The translations under genes were made by a program, and so were the position numbers. DNA of 64,000 bases from contig OZ246001.1 in the NCBI GenBank assembly GCA_965230295.1, forward strand, positions 1,728,001 to 1,792,000. Direction: 5' to 3'. Each line of letters opens with the position of its first letter. Position 1 is the stretch's first letter. Below the pieces are notes generated by a model that saw nothing but the letters and a program-made list of their open reading frames with translations, made no database searches and was not told the origin of the DNA. Positions 28,678-38,656 of this stretch are shown here, piece by piece. This DNA is from Marinicella sp. GTDB taxonomy: Bacteria > Pseudomonadota > Gammaproteobacteria > Xanthomonadales > Marinicellaceae.

Positions 28678-29547
28678 ATGAAACACATCCAAGTCATTAC
28701 TTCACTGATTGGTTTTATTGTATACAACCCAACCACGGCAGCCCCATGGTCGCCAGATGGTCAAAAGATTGCATACAGCTATATAGGCAATCCTGAAAAC
28801 ATATATGTTGTGGATCAGGATGGCAACAACCCGATAACACTGTTGGCCAGGGCACAAAGAGACTTCAGGCCGGAATGGTCGCCAGATGGCTCACACCTGA
28901 TCATCACTTCTGTTGTGGACAAAAAACATGTCACTTATACAGTTGATCTATCAGGAAAAGCAAAACAAATCACCACCGTTGAGGACGTCATAGGTGGTGC
29001 TCAATACAACAGTGATGGAACCCAATTTTTATATTTCACTGATGAACCAAGACCCAGAGACTTGTATGTCCGAAATTTGAAATCAGGGCGTGATGAACGA
29101 TTAACAAATACCCCTGGTTATGATGAATACAGTGCCCGTTGGAACTCAGATAACCAGCAAATAGTCTATGTCAAAAAAGGCATAGCATCAGAAGCACCAG
29201 GAGATTTGTGGCTGTTAAACCGACTAACAGGAGAAAATCAAAACATCACCAAAACGAGCAAGTTGGATGAATTTCACCCATCATGGTCGCACGATGGCCA
29301 GAAAATTGTGTTCATTGAAGTCAATACCGGCCAATTCAACGTAGTGATGCTGGACCTCAACACGATGAAACGTCATAAACTGGCAAGTGGTGAAGGATAT
29401 GCTGTATTGTCACCGCATTTTTCACCAGATGATAAGTGGGTGTCTTTCACACGTACAGACTTTGCAGAAAAAGCAGAAAACCTGCCAGCCATCGTTAAGG
29501 TGTGTATAGAAAACAAGCAAGAAGTATTGATCACCAGATGGAAATGA
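28678..29547 (+). CDS. Exported PD40/TolB-like beta-propeller protein
   Basis: SD AGGA; signal-like N-terminus; WSPDG, PEWSPDG, PSWSHDG, PHFSPDD repeats. Confidence 0.85.
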   Translation: MKHIQVITSLIGFIVYNPTTAAPWSPDGQKIAYSYIGNPENIYVVDQDGNNPITLLARAQRDFRPEWSPDGSHLIITSVVDKKHVTYTVDLSGKAKQITTVEDVIGGAQYNSDGTQFLYFTDEPRPRDLYVRNLKSGRDERLTNTPGYDEYSARWNSDNQQIVYVKKGIASEAPGDLWLLNRLTGENQNITKTSKLDEFHPSWSHDGQKIVFIEVNTGQFNVVMLDLNTMKRHKLASGEGYAVLSPHFSPDDKWVSFTRTDFAEKAENLPAIVKVCIENKQEVLITRWK

Positions 29548-29656
29548 GTCATTCAATGATGATTGAATAGAGTCCAAAAAACCACAACAGATTGTTTGCC
29601 ATGGATACGGACTGGTCTGACAGGTTATAATTTTATTTTTTTATGCAGGATAGGCC

Positions 29657-30028
29657 ATGAAAAATCAGGTGATCAATCTCAAAGAAAAGGCCGCACTGAT
29701 CAAAGACCATTGGTCACCAAGGGTGGTGGGAGAGGTTGATGACAGCTATGTCAAAATTGCCAAAGTCAAAGGTGAATTCACCTGGCATGACCATCAAGAG
29801 GATGAGTTTTTCATGGTGTTGGAAGGTGAACTAGAAATTCAAATGGAGCACGAAGTGGTGCTGCTGCAACAAGGTGAAATGTATGTGGTTCCCAAAGGTG
29901 TGATGCACAACCCGGTGGCTAAAGAAGAATGTACCGTGATGTTGTTCGAAAAGAAAAGCACCCGGCATACAGGCGATGTTCAGGCCGATTTAACCAAAGA
30001 CATCAACGACCAACTCAAGCCCTTATAA
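29657..30028 (+). CDS. Cupin domain protein
   Basis: WSPRVVG, GEFTWHDH.EDEFF, VVPKGVMHNP. Confidence 0.88.
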   Translation: MKNQVINLKEKAALIKDHWSPRVVGEVDDSYVKIAKVKGEFTWHDHQEDEFFMVLEGELEIQMEHEVVLLQQGEMYVVPKGVMHNPVAKEECTVMLFEKKSTRHTGDVQADLTKDINDQLKPL

Positions 30029-30049
30029 CGGACCGCCCACGGTGATGAG

Positions 30050-30724
30050 ATGACTTCGCAGGAGCAAAAACTAACATTTGATATCGATGAAGAATTCATT
30101 CGTCAGGCCGAAGATGACATTTATCGTATTTTATTGCAACAACGGCGGCAATTTAACCAGCGTTGGCAAAACCACAAAACCATGAATAAAGTGAAAGTTT
30201 TTCTGCGCTATTTGGGTTTGTTGTTGTGTGTTGCAGGAGCTTTGATCTGTGCCGGATCCCTGTTTCTCGGGATGGCTTGGGACCATCGGGTATGGCCTTT
30301 GTGGTCCTTGTTGGTGTTGTTTGTGCTGTTGGCATGGTTCTTCATCAAAAATCCTGTACTTGAACAACGGGCAAAAAAATGGACGGAACGGGTCAGTCAA
30401 AAAAGTTGCCGTAAACTGGCCAAAAAATGTGTCAAGCAGGCTGATGGCATGGTGCCTTTCCAAGCGCAATATGAAATCAAAGGAAATTTGATCAGCTATT
30501 ACCGAAAACAGCCCGAAGCGGATGAAACCAGTGAACATTGGCAGTTTGTTTGGAATCGAAAAATGGCCGGATTTGCTGTCCATTCCAGACACGCAACGGT
30601 GTTTTTTAAAAAAGAGCGGTCAATCCAACCAACCATCATCGTGCTGCACCATGGTGCCAGTGAGGTGCAAAGGATTCTGTCTTCTTTGAACATCAATTCA
30701 CAAAACATTGAAAGCCATGATTGA
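30050..30724 (+). CDS. Hypothetical two-TM membrane protein
   Basis: Long ORF with two hydrophobic helices, packed within an operon. Confidence 0.6.
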   Translation: MTSQEQKLTFDIDEEFIRQAEDDIYRILLQQRRQFNQRWQNHKTMNKVKVFLRYLGLLLCVAGALICAGSLFLGMAWDHRVWPLWSLLVLFVLLAWFFIKNPVLEQRAKKWTERVSQKSCRKLAKKCVKQADGMVPFQAQYEIKGNLISYYRKQPEADETSEHWQFVWNRKMAGFAVHSRHATVFFKKERSIQPTIIVLHHGASEVQRILSSLNINSQNIESHD

Positions 30725-31205
30725 CCCTAAAATCATCATTTTTGGAAACTCGGGTTCAGGTAAGTCCACACTGGCAAAAAAACTATCCAGAAAGCACAAT
30801 GTATCACACCTTGACTTAGACATGTTGGCCTGGCAAACCACGGATCCACCGACCAGAAGGTCGCTGAATGAATCAGCCCATACAATCGATCAATTCATCT
30901 CAGAAAACAAGGGCTGGGTCATAGAAGGTTGTTATGTTGATTTATTACAAATGGTCGAGGGTGAAGCGAATCAAGCCATTTTTATGAACCTATCGATTAA
31001 GCGGTGCCAAGACAATGCCCGTAACCGGCCATGGGAGCCGCATAAATATGTGTCCAAAGCGGCACAAGATGCCAACCTGGATATGTTGTTGGACTGGATC
31101 GCAGATTACGAGAATCGTGATGATGAGTTTTCCTACCGGGCGCACCGGACGTTGTATAATCAATTCGCTAAAAATAAACAGGAAATAACCCGGAACCCAT
31201 CATGA
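30717..31205 (+). CDS. P-loop kinase (shikimate/adenylate kinase-like, FlaR-type)
   Basis: GNSGSGKST, HLDLD, WVIEGCY, RPWEPHKY. Confidence 0.82.
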   Translation: MIDPKIIIFGNSGSGKSTLAKKLSRKHNVSHLDLDMLAWQTTDPPTRRSLNESAHTIDQFISENKGWVIEGCYVDLLQMVEGEANQAIFMNLSIKRCQDNARNRPWEPHKYVSKAAQDANLDMLLDWIADYENRDDEFSYRAHRTLYNQFAKNKQEITRNPS

Positions 31206-31214
31206 GAAAGTTTA

Positions 31215-31664
31215 ATGAAAACCCGTGAACAATTTGACCACGCTTTTCCTGTTCAGGTGGACGTACCAGTGCAATGGGGTGATATGGATGCCTTTGGTCA
31301 CGTCAACAACACCGTCTACTTCAAGTTTTTTGAGACGGCCAGATTGGCTTATTTCAATGCGGTGGGGGTGATGGATGACATGCAAAAAGATCAATTGGGC
31401 CCTATCTTGGCAGAGACCAATGCTCAATTCAGGCGTGCACTGGTGTTTCCTGATCAAGTGGTGGTTGGTGCCAATGTCAAAGAAAACCATGAATATGGTT
31501 TCTTGATGCAGTATGGGGTGTTCAGTGAGCAGCAACAAACCGTCTCAACGTTGGGAACCGGTCGGATCGTGATGGTGGATTACAACAGCGGCCAGAAAGT
31601 CAAACCTTCAAAGAAGCTTTTGGGGTTGATTGCGACATTACAACAAGCCCATGAAAGCGCTTGA
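31215..31664 (+). CDS. 4HBT-family acyl-CoA thioesterase
   Basis: WGDMDAFGHVNNTVYFKFFETAR. Confidence 0.9.
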   Translation: MKTREQFDHAFPVQVDVPVQWGDMDAFGHVNNTVYFKFFETARLAYFNAVGVMDDMQKDQLGPILAETNAQFRRALVFPDQVVVGANVKENHEYGFLMQYGVFSEQQQTVSTLGTGRIVMVDYNSGQKVKPSKKLLGLIATLQQAHESA

Positions 31665-32112
31665 ATTAAAAATCCCACCGGCTTTGTTGGTATTGATTTT
31701 TGGGCTTTTGATGTGGTTGGTGGATCAGGTGTTGCCGCAATTCAAAGAAACCGGCGTCCTTTATCAGTGGTTGAGCATGGCTGTATTTGGGTTGTCCCTG
31801 TTGTGTGTGGCTTTGGGTGTTGCCAGTTTCAGGCATGCCAAGACCACAGTTGACCCCACCCAACCACAAAACGCATCATCAGTGGTCACTGGAGGCATTT
31901 ACCGATACACCCGCAACCCCATGTATTTGGGCTTTTTGTTGATGTTGATGGCTTTTGCGATCAAACTGGCAAACCCTGTGACATTAACCATGCTGCCTGT
32001 TTTTGTGGCTTATTTGAATCGCTTTCAAATCAAACCGGAAGAGCAGGCATTGACGAACCTGTTTGGCAAAGAATATACAGACTACCGACAACAAGTGAGC
32101 AGGTGGCTTTGA
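31651..32112 (+). CDS. Isoprenylcysteine carboxyl methyltransferase (PEMT/ICMT) family protein
   Basis: LELKIPP, TTVDP, GIYRYTRNPMYLG, PEEQAL...FG..Y. Confidence 0.9.
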   Translation: MKALELKIPPALLVLIFGLLMWLVDQVLPQFKETGVLYQWLSMAVFGLSLLCVALGVASFRHAKTTVDPTQPQNASSVVTGGIYRYTRNPMYLGFLLMLMAFAIKLANPVTLTMLPVFVAYLNRFQIKPEEQALTNLFGKEYTDYRQQVSRWL

Positions 32113-32534
32113 TGAAAAAATATGAAATAAACAATGAAATTCCAACACCGATGGATTTTTTCGCTTTGTTTGAAACCACTGGTTGGAACGAAGCCTACCA
32201 AGTCACACCACAAGCCTTGCAACAAGCCCTGGATGAAAGTTGGTACACCGTCAGTGCCTATGACAGGGGCGAATTGGTAGGGTTTGGCCGGGTGTTGTCT
32301 GATGGGGTGTTGTATGCCATGATCTATGATTTGATCGTACATCCTGATTTCCAACAACAAGGCTTGGGTACGATGTTGTTGAACCGATTAATTGAAGCTT
32401 GTCAAAAAGCCAACATCAGAGCCATTCAGCTGTTTTCGGCCCATGGAAAAACGCAGTTCTATGAATCCAGAGGTTTTGTCACCAGGCACCATGAAGCACC
32501 AGGTATGGTGTATGCACACAAGAAAGACCATTGA
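32112..32534 (+). CDS. GNAT family N-acetyltransferase
   Basis: LVGFGRV.SDG, VHPDFQQQGLG, FYESRGF. Confidence 0.9.
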   Translation: MKKYEINNEIPTPMDFFALFETTGWNEAYQVTPQALQQALDESWYTVSAYDRGELVGFGRVLSDGVLYAMIYDLIVHPDFQQQGLGTMLLNRLIEACQKANIRAIQLFSAHGKTQFYESRGFVTRHHEAPGMVYAHKKDH

Positions 32535-32760
32535 GTGTATCAACGTCCTTTTGGTCATTCAATGGGGTCATTTTTTAGTCGCCTCCAAAACTTTGATAAC
32601 GCAACAGAGCCACTGGCCACTTGGGTGTTTGGTTGAGACCACAAATGACCGTTATTCAGGCCAAAAAATTAACACCTAAAAGTTGTTATGAGGACATCTG
32701 AAACCCATAGGGACCTGAATCAATGGCCAACACCCCGCTTAATGTTAAGAAATTTGCCAT

Positions 32761-35385
32761 TTGAGGCTTCTTGATATCAGGTATATAATAATAGTGAATG
32801 AAAGGGGAAAAACAGTTAACGGCTCAGTGATAAATCGAGTTGTGTTGCTTTGGTTATTACTAACATCAGCCATCTTGGCAAGAGCACAAAGCAACGACAA
32901 ACAATCAAACAACATCATCCATGTTGGGGTTGCAAATGCCCCACCCATAATCATTATTGAACCAGACAAGCCACCTCAAGGCATGATGATTGATTTTCTT
33001 GAAAAAGTGGCATCCATGGAAAATTGGCAAATTAAGTGGGTTGTGAATGAATGGCCAGTGATTGATCAAATGATCAGAGACGGTCAAATTGACTTGATTA
33101 CTTTTATGGCTTATTCGGATGAGCGGGCACGATTCATGGATTTCAGCAACGAAAGTTTTGTCACAGAATGGGGCCAGGTGTATACCCAGAACAAACAAAC
33201 CTACCAAAGCATTTTAGATTTTGATGAAAAATCGGTTGCGGTGATGAAAGGTGAAATTCATGGCTCTGGATTTATTGAATTGTGTAAATTGTTTGAAATC
33301 ACTTGTCATTTTGAGGTGGTTGAAAGCTACCAAGCGGCATTCAGTTTGTTGAGCTCTGGTGAGGTTGATGGCTTGGCTTCAAGTAATATTGTTGGCTACG
33401 TTTATGAGTCAAAATTCGATGTACATCGCACAGGCATCATGTACCATCCACAGAAAACACTGTTTGCAATACCAAAAAACCATGACGCTCAGGTACTGAC
33501 AATACTTGACCGGTACCTGACCGAGTGGCGTCTATCAAGTGATTCCTACTACCACGAAATTCATGATAAATGGATCAACCGAATGGAGAAAAGCGATTGG
33601 CCACGTTGGTTGGTGTATTTGGCTGCCATATCAGTGTTGTTGTTGCTCTTATCCTGGCTGGTGGTGGTGTTTTTGCGCAAGCAAATTCGCAAACATGTGG
33701 GAGAAATATCTGACCAAAAGGACCAAATTTCACAAATCATTAATTTAGTACCTCACATGATATATGCCGTGAACGAGAAAGGCCAGGTGATATTGGCTAA
33801 TGACAACACGGAGAATTTTTTCGGCGTAGGACAGCTGAATGAAAAACATGTTGATGACATGCAAAATAACAAAGCCGGCTCGGAACCCTTATTCAGAGAT
33901 GATCAGTTCTTATTGTCTGATCGGGCCAGGTCATTTAACAAAGAAATCACCGTCATTAATGAACAAGACGGAGAAGCCATTTTTAAAGTTACTAAAGTGC
34001 CGTACTTTGGAAAAACCAGCCAGTTGCCTTCCATCGTTACCGTGGCCATTGATGTGACCGAAGAAAAGTTACATGAACAGCAAATGGAACACATGGTGCA
34101 GCATGATTTGTTGACCGGCTTGTCCAACCGGGTATTTCTGAATGAGCGAATCAAACAATCACACTTGCACGCTGTTAAGAAAAAGCAACATGGTGCCGTG
34201 TTGTTTATAGATTTGGATCACTTCAAAAAGGTCAATGATACTTTGGGGCATCGCATTGGCGACGAATTGTTAAAGCGGGTTGCCAAAACCTTAAACTCGA
34301 TAGTGGTTCCTGAAAACACGGTTGCCAGGATTGGCAGTGATGAGTTTGTGGTACAAATTGATGATCCGTCGGCTGATATGCCCTCTGCTGAAAAAGCCAT
34401 TTACCCAGTGGCCGAGCAAATAACGGAAATGTTAGGAACCCCCTGTGAAATAGAAGGGAACATACTTTATGTTTCGGCCAGTGTTGGCGTGGTCATCTAT
34501 CCAAATACTGAGGTCAGTCACAAACAAATTTTGCAAAGGGCCGATACAGCCATGCGTTTTGCAAAATACAAAGGGCGCAATCAATATGCTGTTTTTAAAG
34601 AAAATATGGAACGAGAAATAAAGCGGCAACATGTGATTGAGGAAGCCTTAAGATCCGCCATAAAAAATTCGGAATTCATCCTCCAGTTCCAACCACAAAT
34701 TGATGCCACGGAAGACAAATTAATTGGCGTGGAAGCCCTGCTGCGTTGGCAACACCCAAGTGGAGATTTGGTGCAGCCAAATGATTTCATAGGGGTAGCA
34801 GAACAAAGCGGTTTAATCGTTCCTTTGGGGTTCTGGGTCATAGAAGAAGCGTGCAAACAAATAAAAAAATGGTCACAAGAACACCAGGAACCACCCTTTA
34901 TCACGGTGAATTTATCCGTAGCACAAGTGCTGAACTTGGATTTTGTTGATGCGGTTAAAGCCATGCTTGAGAAGTACCAAATTAACCCGACCTTGTTAGA
35001 GTTGGAGGTGACAGAATCAGTGATGCTAGAAGATGCTTCTGTTGCCATAGAAGTGTTAAATCAACTGAAATCATTGGGGGTTAAACTGTCTATTGATGAT
35101 TTTGGAACAGGATTCTCTTCATTGAATTATTTAAAAAAACTGCCTTTTGATAAATTGAAAATCGACCGCAGTTTCATCAATGACATTCCTGGAGATCAAG
35201 ACAATGAGAACATCATCAAATCAATCATTACGATCAGTACAGACATGGGTTTAGAGTTGATTGCTGAGGGGGTAGAAACAAAGGAACAGGTTGACTTGTT
35301 GATGAATTTGAATTGTGATCATTTTCAGGGCTTCTTTTATGACAGACCCAGTAACATCGAATACATAGATAAAAAATACCTGTGA
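32761..35385 (+). CDS. Periplasmic SBP_bac_3 sensor-PAS-GGDEF(GSDEF)-EAL protein, probable c-di-GMP phosphodiesterase
   Basis: YSDERARFMDFS PBPb motif, TM, PAS, DLDHFK..GSDEF, EALLRW, ELEVTES, DDFGTG, AEGVE; true start probably downstream of the TTG at 32761. Confidence 0.88.
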   Translation: MRLLDIRYIIIVNERGKTVNGSVINRVVLLWLLLTSAILARAQSNDKQSNNIIHVGVANAPPIIIIEPDKPPQGMMIDFLEKVASMENWQIKWVVNEWPVIDQMIRDGQIDLITFMAYSDERARFMDFSNESFVTEWGQVYTQNKQTYQSILDFDEKSVAVMKGEIHGSGFIELCKLFEITCHFEVVESYQAAFSLLSSGEVDGLASSNIVGYVYESKFDVHRTGIMYHPQKTLFAIPKNHDAQVLTILDRYLTEWRLSSDSYYHEIHDKWINRMEKSDWPRWLVYLAAISVLLLLLSWLVVVFLRKQIRKHVGEISDQKDQISQIINLVPHMIYAVNEKGQVILANDNTENFFGVGQLNEKHVDDMQNNKAGSEPLFRDDQFLLSDRARSFNKEITVINEQDGEAIFKVTKVPYFGKTSQLPSIVTVAIDVTEEKLHEQQMEHMVQHDLLTGLSNRVFLNERIKQSHLHAVKKKQHGAVLFIDLDHFKKVNDTLGHRIGDELLKRVAKTLNSIVVPENTVARIGSDEFVVQIDDPSADMPSAEKAIYPVAEQITEMLGTPCEIEGNILYVSASVGVVIYPNTEVSHKQILQRADTAMRFAKYKGRNQYAVFKENMEREIKRQHVIEEALRSAIKNSEFILQFQPQIDATEDKLIGVEALLRWQHPSGDLVQPNDFIGVAEQSGLIVPLGFWVIEEACKQIKKWSQEHQEPPFITVNLSVAQVLNLDFVDAVKAMLEKYQINPTLLELEVTESVMLEDASVAIEVLNQLKSLGVKLSIDDFGTGFSSLNYLKKLPFDKLKIDRSFINDIPGDQDNENIIKSIITISTDMGLELIAEGVETKEQVDLLMNLNCDHFQGFFYDRPSNIEYIDKKYL

Positions 35386-35418
35386 CGATTTTTGATTGTG
35401 GCAGATGAAACAGTCTGC

Positions 35419-37347
35419 TTACCAACCGCCGCCACCTCCGCCGCCACCGCCACCACCTGATGAACCACCGGAAGATGAACTGCCTGAGGAGTAGCTGCTT
35501 GAAGAACCAGAGCGGCTGGATGAATAAGACCTTGAAGAAGCGCTGCGAGGGGCGCTGGGTATGGTTGTAGATCTGGCCACATGGCTTTTCATTGATCGGG
35601 TCAAGTTGCTGATGGAAGTGTTGAAATCAGAATGCGGGGTGTATTCAGAATGCAGCCACTTGGGTTGAAAAGTGCTGCCATGACCACTGTTCTGTTCAGC
35701 TTGTGAATGGAGGGTATTGGTGAATTTTTTGGCCCATTGGTTTTCTAAATTCAAAGCCACCGCATAGGGCAATAACTCTTCATAATGTTCAAGGGTTTTG
35801 TCTGGCGGGTTCATCAAATCCAGGCGCTGTTCTTCTGCAGCTTTCATATACAATTTCAAGCCATCGATTTGATCCTTTAAATGTCGGCCAAATGGAGTGG
35901 GTGCGCGAAGGAGGTATGTGAACAGGCCATTGATGGTCAACAAAAACAGCACAAAATACAACCACTTTTGGTGTTCTAGCAACCAGTAAAAAATATCCAT
36001 ATAATGAGAAGCCAGTATGAACAGCAGCAGTATACCCATAAAAATAGGCGCGGCAGCAAGAAAGGCCAAGGCGATGCTGATGATCACCACAAAACCGATC
36101 AATATGGCTAACAATTCTCCCAGGTTTAAATGTTGCTGGTATATCAACAAGGTACCAATGAAAAAACACACCACACTGATCAGCCAACCACACAACACAT
36201 AGAAACCATTGTCTTTGAAACACCGGTTTTGATATTCTTTTTTTAGCTTGCTGTTCAAAGCATTCTTGGCATATCTCACTGAGGAATTGTATTGCTTGCT
36301 GATGGTGATGTGGCGACTGCGATCAGAAAACAGTTGTTGTTTGACTGACTTTTCACCACTTGAAAGTGGCGTTTTGGGGCGTTCTTTGATTAATTTTATG
36401 CGGTACTGTTTTTTCAGTTGAGTGATTTTGAGACAGCCCTTAACAGCCATACTCACTAAAGCCGCCACAAAGGTTTGGTCGTTGGCATGTCCATTATCGA
36501 TGTAGTGAACGGCTGCCGGAGACAGGCCTTTGGGCGGTTTGAATCGGGCCATGATGACGCCAGGATCCGGATCTATGCCATATCGAAACCAAGCGGATAA
36601 GTAAAAACCCACATAAAACAATGCGGTGACCAATGCCAACAACCACAGCACATTGTTCTTAATGAATCCGAGCCAATCAAAAGGTTTTGGGTTTAACAGG
36701 CCTTTGGCAAATTGGATGCCCACCGTCAAGCCCTGATAGGGTTCGAGCCGTTGGGAGGTTTTGAAGCCCAAAGTATCAGCTGTGTTCGCAACAACAAAGT
36801 TTTGATCTTGTTCGCCTTGGTAGCCAGTCCATGCTGATTGATCCAATACCAGGTTTAAGCCACCACCTGGTAAGGTGACAGAAACCGATGCTTCTTGAAT
36901 AGGAAAGGCCCACCCTGTACCAGTGACATTCCAATAAAATTCATCGTAGTTATCAAAATATCCAAGTTGTTGGTCGGTGGTGTAAACCAGTTGGTATTGG
37001 TGTAGGCCTGGATCTAGATATGCCGATGATGACCCCATGTAAATCCGAATGCCATTGGTGAGTTTTTCAGTGTGGAAAGGCTCAGCTTCACCATTACGGG
37101 TGACAGATTTCACATCGAAACCCACTTGTTTTTGTGTCAACCAGGCTCCGAAGTATTGGGTTGGAAAATCGCGATAAATGCCGCGATTGATCTCGCGTCT
37201 TTCAGCGTTGACTTCTATGGACTCGGTGACTGTGATCTGCCCAGAAGGGTGGATCATGATGTCGCTGTGAAAAGAAGTGATTAACTCCTCAGCATGGGCG
37301 TTGGCCAGTAACAACCAGGATAACAACAAAAAACACAGACGCATCAT
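35419..37347 (-). CDS. DUF2207 membrane protein
   Basis: RGIYRDFP, DEFYWNVTG..WAFPI, YEELLPYAVAL, Ser/Gly-rich tail ending GGGGGGW. Confidence 0.9.
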   Translation of the reverse strand: MMRLCFLLLSWLLLANAHAEELITSFHSDIMIHPSGQITVTESIEVNAERREINRGIYRDFPTQYFGAWLTQKQVGFDVKSVTRNGEAEPFHTEKLTNGIRIYMGSSSAYLDPGLHQYQLVYTTDQQLGYFDNYDEFYWNVTGTGWAFPIQEASVSVTLPGGGLNLVLDQSAWTGYQGEQDQNFVVANTADTLGFKTSQRLEPYQGLTVGIQFAKGLLNPKPFDWLGFIKNNVLWLLALVTALFYVGFYLSAWFRYGIDPDPGVIMARFKPPKGLSPAAVHYIDNGHANDQTFVAALVSMAVKGCLKITQLKKQYRIKLIKERPKTPLSSGEKSVKQQLFSDRSRHITISKQYNSSVRYAKNALNSKLKKEYQNRCFKDNGFYVLCGWLISVVCFFIGTLLIYQQHLNLGELLAILIGFVVIISIALAFLAAAPIFMGILLLFILASHYMDIFYWLLEHQKWLYFVLFLLTINGLFTYLLRAPTPFGRHLKDQIDGLKLYMKAAEEQRLDLMNPPDKTLEHYEELLPYAVALNLENQWAKKFTNTLHSQAEQNSGHGSTFQPKWLHSEYTPHSDFNTSISNLTRSMKSHVARSTTIPSAPRSASSRSYSSSRSGSSSSYSSGSSSSGGSSGGGGGGGGGGGW

Positions 37348-37404
37348 GTGTTTATTAAACTCCTTTGTGATCTGAGTTACAACTCCAAAATTACAATCAC
37401 CTTG

Positions 37405-38646
37405 TCAGAGTAAAGCATTGGCGAATAAAGGTGCCAAACTCAAAAGTGTTTGAATGTGTGCTTCATCAAAACCCCTTTTGTTGTTTTTGGTGAACAACAA
37501 CAAGCCGGATTTGTGTTGTAATTTAATCCGAATAACCAAAATTGAATTGGCATTGACCTGATTCAGTAAATACTTGGCAAAATGGGCCTGTTGGTTTTTT
37601 ATGGTGTGAGACAATACGTCATCAATGTGGATGAATTCATGGTCTTCAATGCCGTTTATGGTGCTGTCAATGGGCACCAGGGTTTTACCCATGAGGCCTT
37701 TTTGTGACTGGTTTGAGGCGATCAATTCGACAGAAAAACTGTCTTTCTTTGGAGCCATAAAGTAGGCATTAGACACATTAACAATGGCTTGGGTTTCTGT
37801 GCGAATTACCTCCATGGCATGCTGTTTAGTGGGCGCTGCATGAAGTTGGTTCAACAGCGATAAAATGCTTTGTGAGCGACCTGACAGCTGATTAAAGTCA
37901 GCAACCAATTGACCTATTTCATCTTCACTTTGGTCTTTTATTTTTAAACCATAGTTGCCCAAAGAAACTTCCCGACAAGCTTGTGCAACACGGATGATTC
38001 TTTTCACAATCGATTGGTTAAACCAGAGATACATCAGGATGAGTAACAGGGTGATCAAACCCATAGCCAACCAATTGAAATTGATGGTGGCTTGTCGCTG
38101 GGCCAGCACCAAGTCCTCAAAATTCATATGAGCCATTTCAATTTGGCTGAACAACCCTGATTCATCCGCCAGGATGTAATCATTGCCCCATTCAAGGCGA
38201 GGCTCTTCAGGGTTATCGCCTATCTGTTCATTGAACCCTTGTTGGAAGGTGGCCAATGCTTGTTCCATTTGTTTAAAACCCTGATTGTTTTTTTCTATCA
38301 GCATGCCATCAATCAACACATTGGTGGTGCTGTTGCGGTTGTAATAATCAAAAGCACTTTGGTTGACCATTTGTTCTAGTGAGGTGATGTTCTCTTGTAA
38401 TTGGGAAAAATACACCTTTAGATCACGGTTGTAGGATTCATAATCGCGCGGTGCATTTTCACCGTACTGTACGGACTGCTCTTTCATTAAGTCCACCAGT
38501 TGTTCCATTTTACTCATGTCTTTTGACAAAGTGATGTCGCTTGATAGTTGAGTAATGGCTTGGTTACTGAACCACAGGATCAAAGCAATCAGCAACAAAG
38601 CCAATGCGCCAGTGGTGATTAATTTTTGTTTGAGGCCAAATTTCAT
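37405..38646 (-). CDS. Membrane sensor: TM-helical periplasmic domain-TM-HAMP-GAF, no output domain
   Basis: Start MKFGLKQKL (38646); HAMP IVKRIIRV...DEIGQLVADFNQL; GAF-like end ANSILVIRI...GFDEAHIQTLLSLA. Confidence 0.72.
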   Translation of the reverse strand: MKFGLKQKLITTGALALLLIALILWFSNQAITQLSSDITLSKDMSKMEQLVDLMKEQSVQYGENAPRDYESYNRDLKVYFSQLQENITSLEQMVNQSAFDYYNRNSTTNVLIDGMLIEKNNQGFKQMEQALATFQQGFNEQIGDNPEEPRLEWGNDYILADESGLFSQIEMAHMNFEDLVLAQRQATINFNWLAMGLITLLLILMYLWFNQSIVKRIIRVAQACREVSLGNYGLKIKDQSEDEIGQLVADFNQLSGRSQSILSLLNQLHAAPTKQHAMEVIRTETQAIVNVSNAYFMAPKKDSFSVELIASNQSQKGLMGKTLVPIDSTINGIEDHEFIHIDDVLSHTIKNQQAHFAKYLLNQVNANSILVIRIKLQHKSGLLLFTKNNKRGFDEAHIQTLLSLAPLFANALL

Positions 38647-38656
38647 GTGGGTACCT

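Noticed and set aside
29551-29568. ATTCAAT-GATG-ATTGAAT inverted repeat after the PD40 gene
   Set aside because: AT-only 7-bp stem without a U-tract; too weak to call a terminator or operator.
32535-32760. Intergenic stretch with short GGTCATT/AATGACC inverted matches, considered as an sRNA, riboswitch or MITE
   Set aside because: No consistent long stem, terminal repeats or recognisable riboswitch consensus could be established by eye.
35419-35560. GC-rich Gly/Ser repeat (ccgccacc)n
   Set aside because: It is the normal low-complexity C-terminal tail of DUF2207 proteins.
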